From an uncultured Rickettsiales bacterium (GTDB lineage: Bacteria; Myxococcota_A; UBA796; UBA9615; CAYRNR01), in the NCBI GenBank assembly GCA_964436045.1, contig CAYTBN010000006.1, positions 48,300-112,299 on the forward strand: 64,000 bases of DNA. The letters run 5' to 3'. The notes beneath the pieces were generated by a model. The model was given only the letters and a program-made list of their open reading frames with translations, was not told the DNA's origin and did no database searches. Made by a program: the position numbers and the translations under genes. Within the stretch, counting starts at the first letter, position 1. Every line of letters begins with the position of its first letter. Below, in pieces: positions 55,437 through 64,000 of the stretch.

Positions 55437-57500
55437 CTACCGGCTGTCCATCACCGTCAGCCCCTGTTCGAGGGTGATGCGCGCCGTGCCCACCCTGGGG
55501 AGGTCGGAGCGCTTGCGCAGGAATCGGGGCAGATCCCCGTAGCGATCATCCTCGCGGTCGCTGGTCGCATTCTCCATCAGCGTGGCGTCCGGGTCGACCG
55601 GGGAACACTTCCTCGGCGGCGGCTTGCGCGCGGGCAACGACAGGTCGGTCTGGGGGCCCAGGTGGGGGAGGGTCCGCGCCCTGCGGTGGGGGGCTGCGCT
55701 GGCGCTGCTATCGCCCGGGCCCGCGCCTGTTGCGCCTGCGCCGGGATTCCCGGCAGGTGCCGCGCCCGCTGGCGAGAGGTTCACCGGTGGCGCGGGGACC
55801 GCGCCGATGGGCAGGATCACCCGGAACAAGGTGTTGCCCACCAGCAGCTCGTCTCCCTGCCGCAGGGGCTGGGCCGTCGCGCCCTCCTTGGCGATGAGGC
55901 GCAGACGGGCGCCAGTACGGCGGCGGACGAACACCGGGCAGGCGCGGCTCAGGGCCCGCACCTTGGGTTCGCTGCCCCGCAGATCGATCTCCGCGTGACG
56001 TCCCGCGACCATGATCGAGTCGGTGGTGAACGAGGCCACCTCCACCTCGCCGCCGCGGGTGGGAATCGTCCCGCGGGGATCCACCGTCGGCAGCCAGTGG
56101 ATGTTCTCGTGGATTCCACGGTCGGGCAGTGCGATCTCGCACTTGCGTCGGTCGCGGCCGATGCGGAAGGCGCTGCCCAGCTCGAGCTCGTGGGGCTCGG
56201 CGGGAACCGAGAATTCGCCCAGGTAGGGCCAGCGGGGATCGTCGTGGGTGCAGGACCGGTAGGTCAGCCGGCCCCGGCTCAGTCCGATGTCGCGCTCGCC
56301 GGTGAGCGGGAATGTCCGGTCGGCGGACAGCTCTTCGCCATCGACGGTCACACCCGCGCGCAGCGGTCTCAACTCGATCTGCTCGCCGTCGACCAGCACC
56401 CTGGCCGCCGGTTCGGGCAGCTGGGGAGCTACGCTACCGTCGTCCCCGATATCCAGCTGATAGCCCCCCATGACCCGGGGGAAGTGCACCCGCTGGACCA
56501 GCAGCGCGCGGCGGCTGAGGATCACCCGCGGATCCGGCTCGGGCTCCGGGATCAGGGTCAATCCGTCACCCACCGAGACGCCTTCGGGCACCAGGGTGCC
56601 GCCGGTCCCCGCCGCGGCCTCGGACGGACGGGATACGTTGGCCGGGATCAGCATCACCTCGAGGACCGGAGCGCCACCCGCCCCGTCCTCGACGGTCACG
56701 GTGTCGCCCTGCGGACCGGCGGTCTGGCGCAGCCGGTAGGCGTCGGCAAGGTCGGGGTTGAGGCGATGCAGCATCTCGGGGTGCCCCGGCGGGCGGTGCA
56801 GGGTGTAGAGCGCCGGGCCCGGCAGCTCGGCGTCGCGGCCGTTGTCCAGCCAGTGGGATCCGACGGTGAACGCCAGCTGGTCATCGTGGAACACGCCCAC
56901 CTGGCGGAACCCGCCCGCGCCGCCGGCCTCCCGCGGGACGCGGATGTAGACGCTGGCAAAGGGCGTCGAGCCCTCACCGGGGCCGTGGTAGAGGTTGGGC
57001 ATCAACGCCGTGGCGAACTCGCCGGCCTGCAGGCCCAGGGGCTGGCCGCCCATGGCAGGCTCGCCATCGCCGATCACCCTCAGTCGCGGTCCGCGGCGGG
57101 GATCCGCCATCCGCCAGCCCTGCTGCTGGCACAGGCGCCCGATCTGACGCTCCACCAGGGCCTGGAGACCCTCCTCCCAACTGGCTGCCCCGTGCTCCAG
57201 CTCGCGCCGCCGATCCTCCGCCGACAAGATGATCAGCACGTCGGCGTACAGGGTGCCGTCCAGGCGCCGCGCCAACTCACCCAGGTGCTCCCGCAGACCC
57301 CCGGGTCGCCCCCAGCGCGTGGCCGTGCTCCAGATATGGTCGGGGTAGCGCACCAGATCGCCGTCGGCGGCGAAGCGCATCAGGCGGAAGTTGTAGTAGC
57401 CGTTGTCCGGATCGTCGACCAGCAGCCAGCGCTCCCCGCCGCCGGCGTCGGCCCGCCGGCCCATCACGCCCCGCAGCCAGCCTGCGATCCCGCTCGCCAT
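55437..57500 (-). CDS. FHA domain-containing protein with a large unrecognised N-terminal region
   Basis: ATG 57500 follows a GGGAGGA SD. The FHA-like segment is FRIGRDRRKCEIALPD...VAGRHAEIDL...LLVGNTLFRVIL. Confidence 0.75.
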   Translation of the reverse strand: MASGIAGWLRGVMGRRADAGGGERWLLVDDPDNGYYNFRLMRFAADGDLVRYPDHIWSTATRWGRPGGLREHLGELARRLDGTLYADVLIILSAEDRRRELEHGAASWEEGLQALVERQIGRLCQQQGWRMADPRRGPRLRVIGDGEPAMGGQPLGLQAGEFATALMPNLYHGPGEGSTPFASVYIRVPREAGGAGGFRQVGVFHDDQLAFTVGSHWLDNGRDAELPGPALYTLHRPPGHPEMLHRLNPDLADAYRLRQTAGPQGDTVTVEDGAGGAPVLEVMLIPANVSRPSEAAAGTGGTLVPEGVSVGDGLTLIPEPEPDPRVILSRRALLVQRVHFPRVMGGYQLDIGDDGSVAPQLPEPAARVLVDGEQIELRPLRAGVTVDGEELSADRTFPLTGERDIGLSRGRLTYRSCTHDDPRWPYLGEFSVPAEPHELELGSAFRIGRDRRKCEIALPDRGIHENIHWLPTVDPRGTIPTRGGEVEVASFTTDSIMVAGRHAEIDLRGSEPKVRALSRACPVFVRRRTGARLRLIAKEGATAQPLRQGDELLVGNTLFRVILPIGAVPAPPVNLSPAGAAPAGNPGAGATGAGPGDSSASAAPHRRARTLPHLGPQTDLSLPARKPPPRKCSPVDPDATLMENATSDREDDRYGDLPRFLRKRSDLPRVGTARITLEQGLTVMDSR

Positions 57501-57621
57501 GCCTCGTCCTCCCGGAGCCCGGCCACACCCGGTGCCCATGGGGATAGTCCCCGGGCGGGGTCCGGATATTCACAAGCATAGGACGGACGAGGCGCCGCCG
57601 CTGTTCCCGAGGGCTTACCGA

Positions 57622-57655
57622 CCGGATTCCGGACGTGGTGTCCGGATTCCGGACG
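57622..57655. promoter_or_regulatory. Two copies of the palindrome CCGGATTCCGG, 20 bp apart centre to centre
   Basis: ccggattccggacg occurs at 57622-57635 and again at 57642-57655, in the divergent FHA / ECF-sigma intergenic region. Confidence 0.5.
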
Positions 57656-57719
57656 GTCCGGGGCGCGAGAGCGGGGTGGCGGACCTCGCGAACGCTGGAC
57701 GTCGTCGGTGTGCGCTCGC

Positions 57720-57734
57720 TGGCACGGGTCTTGG
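57720..57734 (+). promoter_or_regulatory. Near-consensus sigma-54 promoter (TGGCAC-N5-TTGG)
   Basis: TGGCACgggtcTTGGa has correct spacing but GG instead of GC at -12. It lies about 270 nt upstream of the ECF sigma start. Confidence 0.3.
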
Positions 57735-58001
57735 ATTCTCGTCTGGTCAGCGAGCTACCCCAGTTGGGGGGTAGACGTCGCGCAGGCCGTCGGACCTGAT
57801 GCGAGGCAGACCCGGGGGGGTCGGGTGGGCGGCGGTCGGCGCTCGGATCACGGACGGGGGCGTCGGACTCGGGAAGCCGGCGCCCCCAGCCCGGTCCGCT
57901 CCACCCGATCCCGGCTTCCCGGGAACCTTTGCCCCCGTGCCGGTGTCCCACTCCATGAGCCCACGAGGCTCCGTGTTACGTTTTCATTCGAGGAACGTTG
58001 A

Positions 58002-58589
58002 GTGGGGCAAGAGGTGACAGACACCGACAAGAAGCTGATGCTCGCCTATTGCGAAGGGGACGAGAGCGCCTTCGAGGACCTGTACCTGCGTTACCGGGAG
58101 CGGGTGTATTTCTACATCCGCCGGTTCGTCAGGCGGGAGGATCTGGTGGAGGAGATCTACCAGGAAGCGTTCGTGCGGCTTCACAAGGCCCGGGACCGCT
58201 ACAAGCCCACGGCCAAGTTCTCCACGTTCCTGTACACCATCGTCTATCGCCTCTGCATCGATCGCAATCGCTCCAAGGGGTACCGGGATATCGAGTCCCG
58301 TCCACGGCCCGAGACACCCGCGCCCGAACCGGCGGGTCCCGGCCGCGGCCCCGAGATGAGGGCCGGGCTGGAGCAGCGCAAGGGGATGCTGCTCGAGGCC
58401 CTGGGGCGGCTGTCCGACCGACGTCGATCCGCGTTGCTGCTGCACGACATGTACGGCTACACCGCGGCGGAGGTGGGTGAGGCGATGGACTGCACGACGG
58501 CTGCCGCGAAGATGACCATCTTCCGCGGCCGCCGGCAGCTCCGCGAGATCCTGGAGAGGGGACCGGGACAGGAGGAAATGATCGGATGA
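58002..58589 (+). CDS. ECF-type RNA polymerase sigma-70 family factor
   Basis: Region 2 is FEDLYLRYRERVYFYIRRFV...EEIYQEAFVRL; region 4 is LLLHDMYGYTAAEVGEAMDCTTAAAKMTIFRGRRQL. Confidence 0.9.
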   Translation: MGQEVTDTDKKLMLAYCEGDESAFEDLYLRYRERVYFYIRRFVRREDLVEEIYQEAFVRLHKARDRYKPTAKFSTFLYTIVYRLCIDRNRSKGYRDIESRPRPETPAPEPAGPGRGPEMRAGLEQRKGMLLEALGRLSDRRRSALLLHDMYGYTAAEVGEAMDCTTAAAKMTIFRGRRQLREILERGPGQEEMIG

Positions 58590-59302
58590 GGGAAACAGAA
58601 CGCGCAGAGATCATCGAGGGACCGGAGCCGCCGGTAGCCGCCCTGGCCGAACTCGAACCGTGTGAGGAGGTTCCTCCTCACCTGGATCGGGCCGTTCGGG
58701 GCGAGATACGGCGACGGCTGCGGGACGAACGTGTGCGACCACCCTGGTGGCGACGGACGCCGGCCGTGGCCGCGATGTCCGGCGCCTGTGCGGCGGCGGC
58801 GACGGTCGTGCTGATCTTCGCCATCCAGCCGTTGATCACGGGGGACGGCGGACCCGAAGGTGCCAGGGAAAAGGGCCCGGGTGGAGTCAGCGCGGCCGAG
58901 GTGCATCTCGACTACCTGGTCCAGCGTCCAGGTGAGACCTCCCCTGCCCGGCTGGGCGGCGGCACCGAGGTCGGAGTGGGCGACGGAGTCTACCTGCGGG
59001 CTGACCTGACCCGCCCCGGAATATTGACCTTCCTGGCCGACTCACCGGGCGCCGGCTGGGAGCCTCTGGTGACCCAGCAGGGGGTCGTGGGCGCAAACGA
59101 TCTTCAAAGAGAGGGCAAGATCCAGGTATTCTATGTAACGGAGGCAGGTCTCTACCGGTTTGCTGCGGTCTGGTCCTCGGAACATCCACCGGAGGACTGG
59201 AACCCGGGTGAAGGCACCCGGCCGCAGCTGGATCCGCTGGGAGACCAGGTGGAGGTGGCGTGGGTCGAACTCGAGGCCCGACAACTCGCCGAGCCGCCCT
59301 GA
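58586..59302 (+). CDS. Putative membrane-anchored anti-sigma factor with a DUF4384-like exported domain
   Basis: ATGA overlap with the sigma gene. One TM segment (AVAAMSGACAAAATVVLIFAI). The exported part GDGVYLRADLTRPGILTFLADSPGAGWEPLV resembles DUF4384. Confidence 0.55.
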   Translation: MRETERAEIIEGPEPPVAALAELEPCEEVPPHLDRAVRGEIRRRLRDERVRPPWWRRTPAVAAMSGACAAAATVVLIFAIQPLITGDGGPEGAREKGPGGVSAAEVHLDYLVQRPGETSPARLGGGTEVGVGDGVYLRADLTRPGILTFLADSPGAGWEPLVTQQGVVGANDLQREGKIQVFYVTEAGLYRFAAVWSSEHPPEDWNPGEGTRPQLDPLGDQVEVAWVELEARQLAEPP

Positions 59303-61002
59303 TCGCGAGCGCTGCCCTGCTCGCGATGGCGGTCGTCGCGGTGCCCGACAGGGCGCCAGCGCAGCCGTCCACGCGGGGCCTGGCCGACGCGCCAGTGGAC
59401 CCCGTGACCCTCGACCTGGCGTTCCAGCCGCGACGGATCGCCCTCCTGATCGGCATCGACGAGTACGACGACGCCACCTTCCCGGCCCTACGTTTCGCCT
59501 CCGAGGACGCCAACGCCTTCGGCGATCTGCTGGCGGATCCGATGTGGGGTGGGTTCGATGAGGTGGTGGTCCTGACGGCGGCGGCGCGCACCAGCCGGAT
59601 CGAGATCCTGGCGGCCATCGACGACATGGCCACCACCCTGCAGCGCAACGACACCTTCGTGCTTTACTTCTCCGGCCACGGCAGCCTGGAGACCGACACC
59701 CGAGGCTCCTCCCTGTACATCTGCCCCCGGGACACCAATCCCGCCCGGCTGGAGAGCTCGGCGGTGTCCGTCGACGCGCTGCAGCGTATCCTGGGCAAGC
59801 TGCCCTGCCGGCGGCGGGTGATGATCCTCGACAGCTGCCACAACGGCGAGGCCAAGAGTTTCCTGGCCATGGATACCCGCGAGGAGATCGCGCGCCGTCG
59901 TAGCCCCCTCGACCCGCGGGTCTACACCCGGGTCGGCGAGGCGGAGGCGCACCTGTTCGCGGCGGCCTTCCACCAGCCTGCGCTCGAGGATCCCGAGCTG
60001 GGTCACGGGGTCTACACGCATTACCTGCTCGAGTCGCTCTCCCGCCGCGCTGGCGTGGCGGACCTGGACGGCGACGGCGTGATCACCGTCGTCGAGGCGC
60101 ATCAGTACGCCCGCGACCACACCATCTCGTTCACCGGCGGCGCCCAGGTACCCCAGGCGATGTTCAAGGAGGTGGGCCGCGAGGACATCTTCCTGTCCGG
60201 CGGTGAGGGAGCACTGCTGGCGGCCGAGCGGGGATTGCTCACCAGCTACAGCCGGCTGCTCGCCGACTGCCGGATCAGCGTGGACGGCGTGGCCCGCGGC
60301 ACCCTCCCGCAGGCGCTGTCGGTGGAGCCGGGATCCCACCGCGTGGAGGTGGTCGAACCCGACTCGGGTCGGGTGCTGATCCAGCGGACCGTGAATGTGT
60401 CGGCAGGCAAGAGCCTGTCGGTGGACGCCCTGGCCGACGAGCGCCGCCCGGAGAAGCGTTGGAGCCTGGCCGGTGGGCTCGGGGCGTTCGGCGTCCTGGG
60501 ACCCTTCGCCCAGAACTACCCGTCGTTCTCGGCGGGCATCGACCTCTCGGCACGACGTCGTTTCCAGCGGTCGGCCCGCAACGTGCGGTTGACCCTGGAC
60601 CTGGGGTGGTCCCACGGCGAGGGGGTGTACGAGGCCGCATCCGACACGCCGATCGACACCGACATGCTGCGGGCCGGCGGCGGCATCCAGGCCTGCCAAG
60701 ACATCCGTCGGGCCAACCTGTGGATCGGCCTGCAGGGCAACTTGATCGTCGTCGCGGTGCGCCAGCAACCCACCGCGGACGTCCTGGACCGAACCGGGAT
60801 CGCGGACCCCCAGTGGGCCGTGATGCCCGCCCCGCGGCTGGCCATGGGCGTGGACCTGTGGGGGCCCGGCAGGGTGGGAGTACAGCTCGGCACCTACGCG
60901 GACGTGTTCGTGCCGGTGGTTCACGACAAGTACGACAACCCCGAGCATCGCGTCGGGTTCCTGGTCGGCGGACAGCTGCGGCTCCTGGGGGTGATGCGGT
61001 GA
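59260..61002 (+). CDS. Exported caspase-family (peptidase C14) protein with a PEGA domain and a C-terminal beta-barrel-like region
   Basis: GTG 59260 follows a GGAGGTGG SD. A signal peptide is present. The catalytic dyad is in YFSGHGS and ILDSCHNGE. PEGA-like segment: CRISVDGVARGTLPQALSVEPGSHRVEV. Confidence 0.85.
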   Translation: MGRTRGPTTRRAALIASAALLAMAVVAVPDRAPAQPSTRGLADAPVDPVTLDLAFQPRRIALLIGIDEYDDATFPALRFASEDANAFGDLLADPMWGGFDEVVVLTAAARTSRIEILAAIDDMATTLQRNDTFVLYFSGHGSLETDTRGSSLYICPRDTNPARLESSAVSVDALQRILGKLPCRRRVMILDSCHNGEAKSFLAMDTREEIARRRSPLDPRVYTRVGEAEAHLFAAAFHQPALEDPELGHGVYTHYLLESLSRRAGVADLDGDGVITVVEAHQYARDHTISFTGGAQVPQAMFKEVGREDIFLSGGEGALLAAERGLLTSYSRLLADCRISVDGVARGTLPQALSVEPGSHRVEVVEPDSGRVLIQRTVNVSAGKSLSVDALADERRPEKRWSLAGGLGAFGVLGPFAQNYPSFSAGIDLSARRRFQRSARNVRLTLDLGWSHGEGVYEAASDTPIDTDMLRAGGGIQACQDIRRANLWIGLQGNLIVVAVRQQPTADVLDRTGIADPQWAVMPAPRLAMGVDLWGPGRVGVQLGTYADVFVPVVHDKYDNPEHRVGFLVGGQLRLLGVMR

Positions 61003-62201
61003 GCCGCCGATTCGCGTGGGCGATGCGGGGTCCGACCCTGGCGCTGCTCGCCGTGCTGGCGGGCTCGGGATGCTCATCCTTGAGCGACCGGGATCTGTTG
61101 CACCACGCAGGCGCGTTCTCGGTGATCCCGATCCAGCTCTCTACCCTCGATCACGAGCCGATCCAGGCCTCCAAGGTCACCGTCGATCCCATCAATCGCG
61201 CGGTGTACGTGGCCGGGGACGACTCCTCGGATATCGCCCTGGTGGACGGTCGCTCCGCCCATCTGGTCGGCTACGCCAGCGTGCGGCCGCTCGGGGAGCG
61301 TGGCGGACCGCCCGAAGGGCTGATCGCCAGTCCAGGAGGCAATGAGATCTTCGTCCGGCTTCCCGACTTCGACGGCGTGCCGGTGATGGTCCACATCGGC
61401 GACGAGCCGAGCCACGTGATCCACGGCGATCCGGTCCAGGTCTCGGCTGCCGCAGCGGGTGAGCTCCCCCGCCGGTTGATGAGCTTCAGCGTGGAGGCCG
61501 GGCAGCTGTTGCTGGCGGACATGGCCCCGGATGGCGCCACCGAGTTCCAGTGCCTGAAGATCCGCAATGACGCGACGATGATCTGCCCCGAGCCCCTCGA
61601 CGAGCTGCCCGTGGATCTGGTGCTGGACGCGGCGCGGGATCGGGTGCTCGTACTGTCGGCCCCCGACGCCTACTACAGCCGCCTGCACGCCTACGACGCC
61701 TCCGGCGAGGTGTGGTCGCGGACGTTCCCGGGCGGGCCAGTACAGGGCAAGTTGCTGGTGGACGAGGGCGACGGCTCGGTCTACGTGGCGCAGCAGAACA
61801 TGGGCACCCTGATCCGCTTCGGCGCCGACGGCGAGGGCCCGACGTTGCTGCCGGTGGAGAGTGGTCCGGTGGACATGGTCCAGGATCATGACTCCGGCCT
61901 GGTCTACGTGGCCTGCCGCGACGCACACAGCTTGGTGGTGGTCGATCCGGTCGCCGGCGAGACCTATTCGATGCCCCTGGGGGAGTCCCCGGTGGCGATG
62001 GCCATCGACGATCAGGCCGGCTATCTGTTCGTGGCCCTGCGCGAGGGGCGTTCGATGGCGGTGATCGATCTGTACCGCCACGAGCTGGCCCACGTGGACG
62101 TCACCGGTCCCCAGCTGGACGTGGCCGTCGATCCGGGAGTCGATGGCGGCTACGCCTATGCCGTGGTCGATGGCGAGATCCTCGCGCGAATGGCCTATTG
62201 A
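60999..62201 (+). CDS. Lipoprotein with YVTN/YncE-like beta-propeller repeats
   Basis: GTGA overlap with the caspase stop (ATG 61023 is an alternative start). Lipobox LAVLAGSGC. Repeats include AVYVAGDDSSDIALVDG, LVYVACRDAHSLVVVDP and YLFVALREGRSMAVIDL. Confidence 0.7.
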   Translation: MSRRFAWAMRGPTLALLAVLAGSGCSSLSDRDLLHHAGAFSVIPIQLSTLDHEPIQASKVTVDPINRAVYVAGDDSSDIALVDGRSAHLVGYASVRPLGERGGPPEGLIASPGGNEIFVRLPDFDGVPVMVHIGDEPSHVIHGDPVQVSAAAAGELPRRLMSFSVEAGQLLLADMAPDGATEFQCLKIRNDATMICPEPLDELPVDLVLDAARDRVLVLSAPDAYYSRLHAYDASGEVWSRTFPGGPVQGKLLVDEGDGSVYVAQQNMGTLIRFGADGEGPTLLPVESGPVDMVQDHDSGLVYVACRDAHSLVVVDPVAGETYSMPLGESPVAMAIDDQAGYLFVALREGRSMAVIDLYRHELAHVDVTGPQLDVAVDPGVDGGYAYAVVDGEILARMAY

Positions 62202-62269
62202 ACCCCGCGCCCTCCCTGGTATCCCGCTGGTAGTTGACACGCGCCCTCCCGCGCGATTGGCTGTGGGGC

Positions 62270-63196
62270 ATGAAGGGCTACCGCATCAAGACCGTCTCGC
62301 GTATGACCGGGATGAGCCCCGAGCTCCTCCGCGCCTGGGAGCGACGGCACGGGGTGGTCACCCCCCAGCGCACCACCGGAGGCTACCGGGAATACAGCGA
62401 GGCCGAGGTCGAACGTTTACGCCTGCTGGCACTGCTGGCCTCCCGCGGGTACTCGATCGGAGAGATCGCCGGCCTGAAGGTGGACGAGCTGGAGGGGCTG
62501 ATCCGCTCCGGCCCTCCTTCGTCACCCACGGCGCGTCCCGCGGCGCCCGGCGTCGGAAACCTGGTGGTCGAACAGCTCAGCGCCCTCGCCCACGGTGGCG
62601 ATGCTCTCGGTTTCCGCCGCGGGCTGAGGCGGATCCTGGTCCTGCTGCCGACACGGCAGGTCGTCGGCTCGGTCCTGCTGCCCCTGCTGCGGGAACTCTC
62701 GAACGGCGACGGGGGTGAGGCGTCGTGGGCAGCGCGCCAGCTGGCCGGCGAGGAGATCCGCGGTTACCTGGGGCCCCTCGCCGAGGAGGCACCGCCGGCG
62801 GCGCCGCTTGCGTTGATCGCCGTGGCTGGGGGGGAGGAGCCGGCCGGTCCGGATGCCCTGCGCGCGCTGCTGGCAGCGACCCAGCGGGGCTGGCGGGCGG
62901 TTTCCATGGGCCGGATGCTCTCACCCGGGCTGCTGGCGGAACGCGCCCGCGCCAGCTCGGCCGCGGCGGCCATCCTGGTCTGCCCCAGCACCCCCACCGC
63001 CACCACGCTGCTGGGACTGGTCGAGGCCTGGGATGGGGCTGGGACGGGCGAGTGCCGGCTGATCCTGGTCGGCGGCGATCAGGGCCTGTTGGCGCAGGCC
63101 GCGCAGGAGCACGGGGTGCGGGTCGTGCGTGACGATCTCGAACTCCCGGCCGTTCTTCGCACCATCGAAGATCCGACCGCCGGCCGGTCCGGCTAG
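62270..63196 (+). CDS. MerR-family transcriptional regulator with a C-terminal B12-binding-like (Rossmann) module
   Basis: The MerR HTH is YRIKTVSRMTGMSPELLRAWERRHGVVTPQRTTGGYREYS. The C-terminal pattern LALIAVAGGEE...AAAILVC...LILVGG resembles CarH/CarA-type regulators. Confidence 0.75.
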   Translation: MKGYRIKTVSRMTGMSPELLRAWERRHGVVTPQRTTGGYREYSEAEVERLRLLALLASRGYSIGEIAGLKVDELEGLIRSGPPSSPTARPAAPGVGNLVVEQLSALAHGGDALGFRRGLRRILVLLPTRQVVGSVLLPLLRELSNGDGGEASWAARQLAGEEIRGYLGPLAEEAPPAAPLALIAVAGGEEPAGPDALRALLAATQRGWRAVSMGRMLSPGLLAERARASSAAAAILVCPSTPTATTLLGLVEAWDGAGTGECRLILVGGDQGLLAQAAQEHGVRVVRDDLELPAVLRTIEDPTAGRSG

Positions 63197-63199
63197 CCG

Positions 63200-63982
63200 G
63201 TGGCGCTCTTCGACCCCACGATCCTCGCCGTCGCGGCCATCGCGGCGGGGGTGACCGCGGTGGCGTTGCTGGTCGGACGCGACCGGTCGGCGGGCCCGCG
63301 ACGGGCGAGACCTTCCCATCTGGGCCCCGATCCTGCCGATGTCGAGGTCGAGCTGCGGCGCCTGCTCGATGCCGCGCGGCGCGAGCGGGGTGGCGACGAG
63401 TTGATCAGCGACGTGGACCTCGACGAGCTGGCCCGTCACCACGCCCACTGGATGGCGACGGAGGAGCGCGTCACCTCCATCGACGACCAGGGCCGCGACG
63501 TGGTGGGACGCCGCGAGTCGTTGCTGCCGACCCTCGCCGGTCCCCTCGACGAGGCCATCGCCGCCGTCGCGCTCTCCCCCAGCCTGGAGGCCCGTGCCTG
63601 CGCGGAAGCGCTCCTGGTTCCGCTTGGGGTCGATCTGTGGGTCGACGGCGAGTTCACCGCAGGTGCCATCGGCGTGTCGACCGGTCCGGAGCAGGTCTTC
63701 GCCAGCGTGGTGGTCGCCCGGCGGCTCGCGGTCTTCGACGCTCTCCCGGATCTGAAGAACACGCGGGAGTTGTTGGTGTCTGGTCAGCTGCTGGAGGCCG
63801 CGCCACGACCGCCGGCCTTCCAGGTGGAGGAACCGGATGGCACCGCGGTCCCGGCGGAGGTGCAGGAGTACGGATCCCGGTTCGAACTGCGCTGCCGGCC
63901 ACAGCGGGCTGGGGAGCATGTGGTTCGGATCGGCGGCGAGGTCTTTTTTGTTTTTGGATTCGAAAATGACCGGCTACCATGA
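63200..63982 (+). CDS. Membrane-anchored hypothetical protein (possible CAP/SCP-like domain)
   Basis: GTG start and an N-terminal TM segment ILAVAAIAAGVTAVALLVG. LARHHAHWMA resembles the CAP-domain motif, but weakly. Confidence 0.45.
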   Translation: MALFDPTILAVAAIAAGVTAVALLVGRDRSAGPRRARPSHLGPDPADVEVELRRLLDAARRERGGDELISDVDLDELARHHAHWMATEERVTSIDDQGRDVVGRRESLLPTLAGPLDEAIAAVALSPSLEARACAEALLVPLGVDLWVDGEFTAGAIGVSTGPEQVFASVVVARRLAVFDALPDLKNTRELLVSGQLLEAAPRPPAFQVEEPDGTAVPAEVQEYGSRFELRCRPQRAGEHVVRIGGEVFFVFGFENDRLP

Positions 63983-64000
63983 CAAAAGAGCGACTAATGT

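Noticed and set aside
57277-57951. ORFs of 60-224 aa filling the 500-nt FHA / ECF-sigma intergenic region.
   Set aside because: All of them are R/G/P-rich with no start context. The region is better explained as a regulatory spacer that contains the tandem palindromes and the sigma-54-like element.

Overview
This is a high-GC bacterial chromosomal fragment, about 70% GC by eye, densely coding on both strands. Three exported proteins end in a Cys motif, a hydrophobic helix and an Arg cluster (MYXO-CTERM-like). Together with consensus sigma-54 promoters, a Ser/Thr kinase with an FHA partner, and an ECF sigma factor, this points to Myxococcota or a close relative; that placement is inference only. 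I call about 55 CDS. They include thiolase and acyl-CoA dehydrogenase, a CaCA exchanger, Ogt, an M48 protease, an FG-GAP protein, a YD-repeat protein, a 2Fe-2S ferredoxin/hydrolase/DUF354/FadL operon, a GH18 enzyme, a GldA/F/G-like ABC system, an orphan IstB/DnaC-like ATPase, a TPR/CHAT-like protein, DnaX and TadA, a Ser/Thr kinase plus FHA protein, and an ECF sigma/anti-sigma/caspase/beta-propeller cluster. The RNA genes are two tRNA-Ser and a small SRP RNA, lying between tadA and dnaX. There is one IS481-family element and no CRISPR or rRNA. Four things deserve a second look. (1) Three direct copies of the last ~55 nt of the acyl-CoA dehydrogenase gene delimit two visibly lower-GC gene cassettes next to the IS. 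(2) The ECF sigma, DUF4384-like anti-sigma, exported caspase-PEGA-barrel and beta-propeller cluster sits behind tandem palindromes and a sigma-54-like promoter. (3) An orphan zinc-ribbon IstB/DnaC-like ATPase is paired with an unknown protein. (4) A TPR protein carries a CHAT-like domain that appears to lack both catalytic residues. All family assignments rest on motifs I recognise in the translations; no searches were run.
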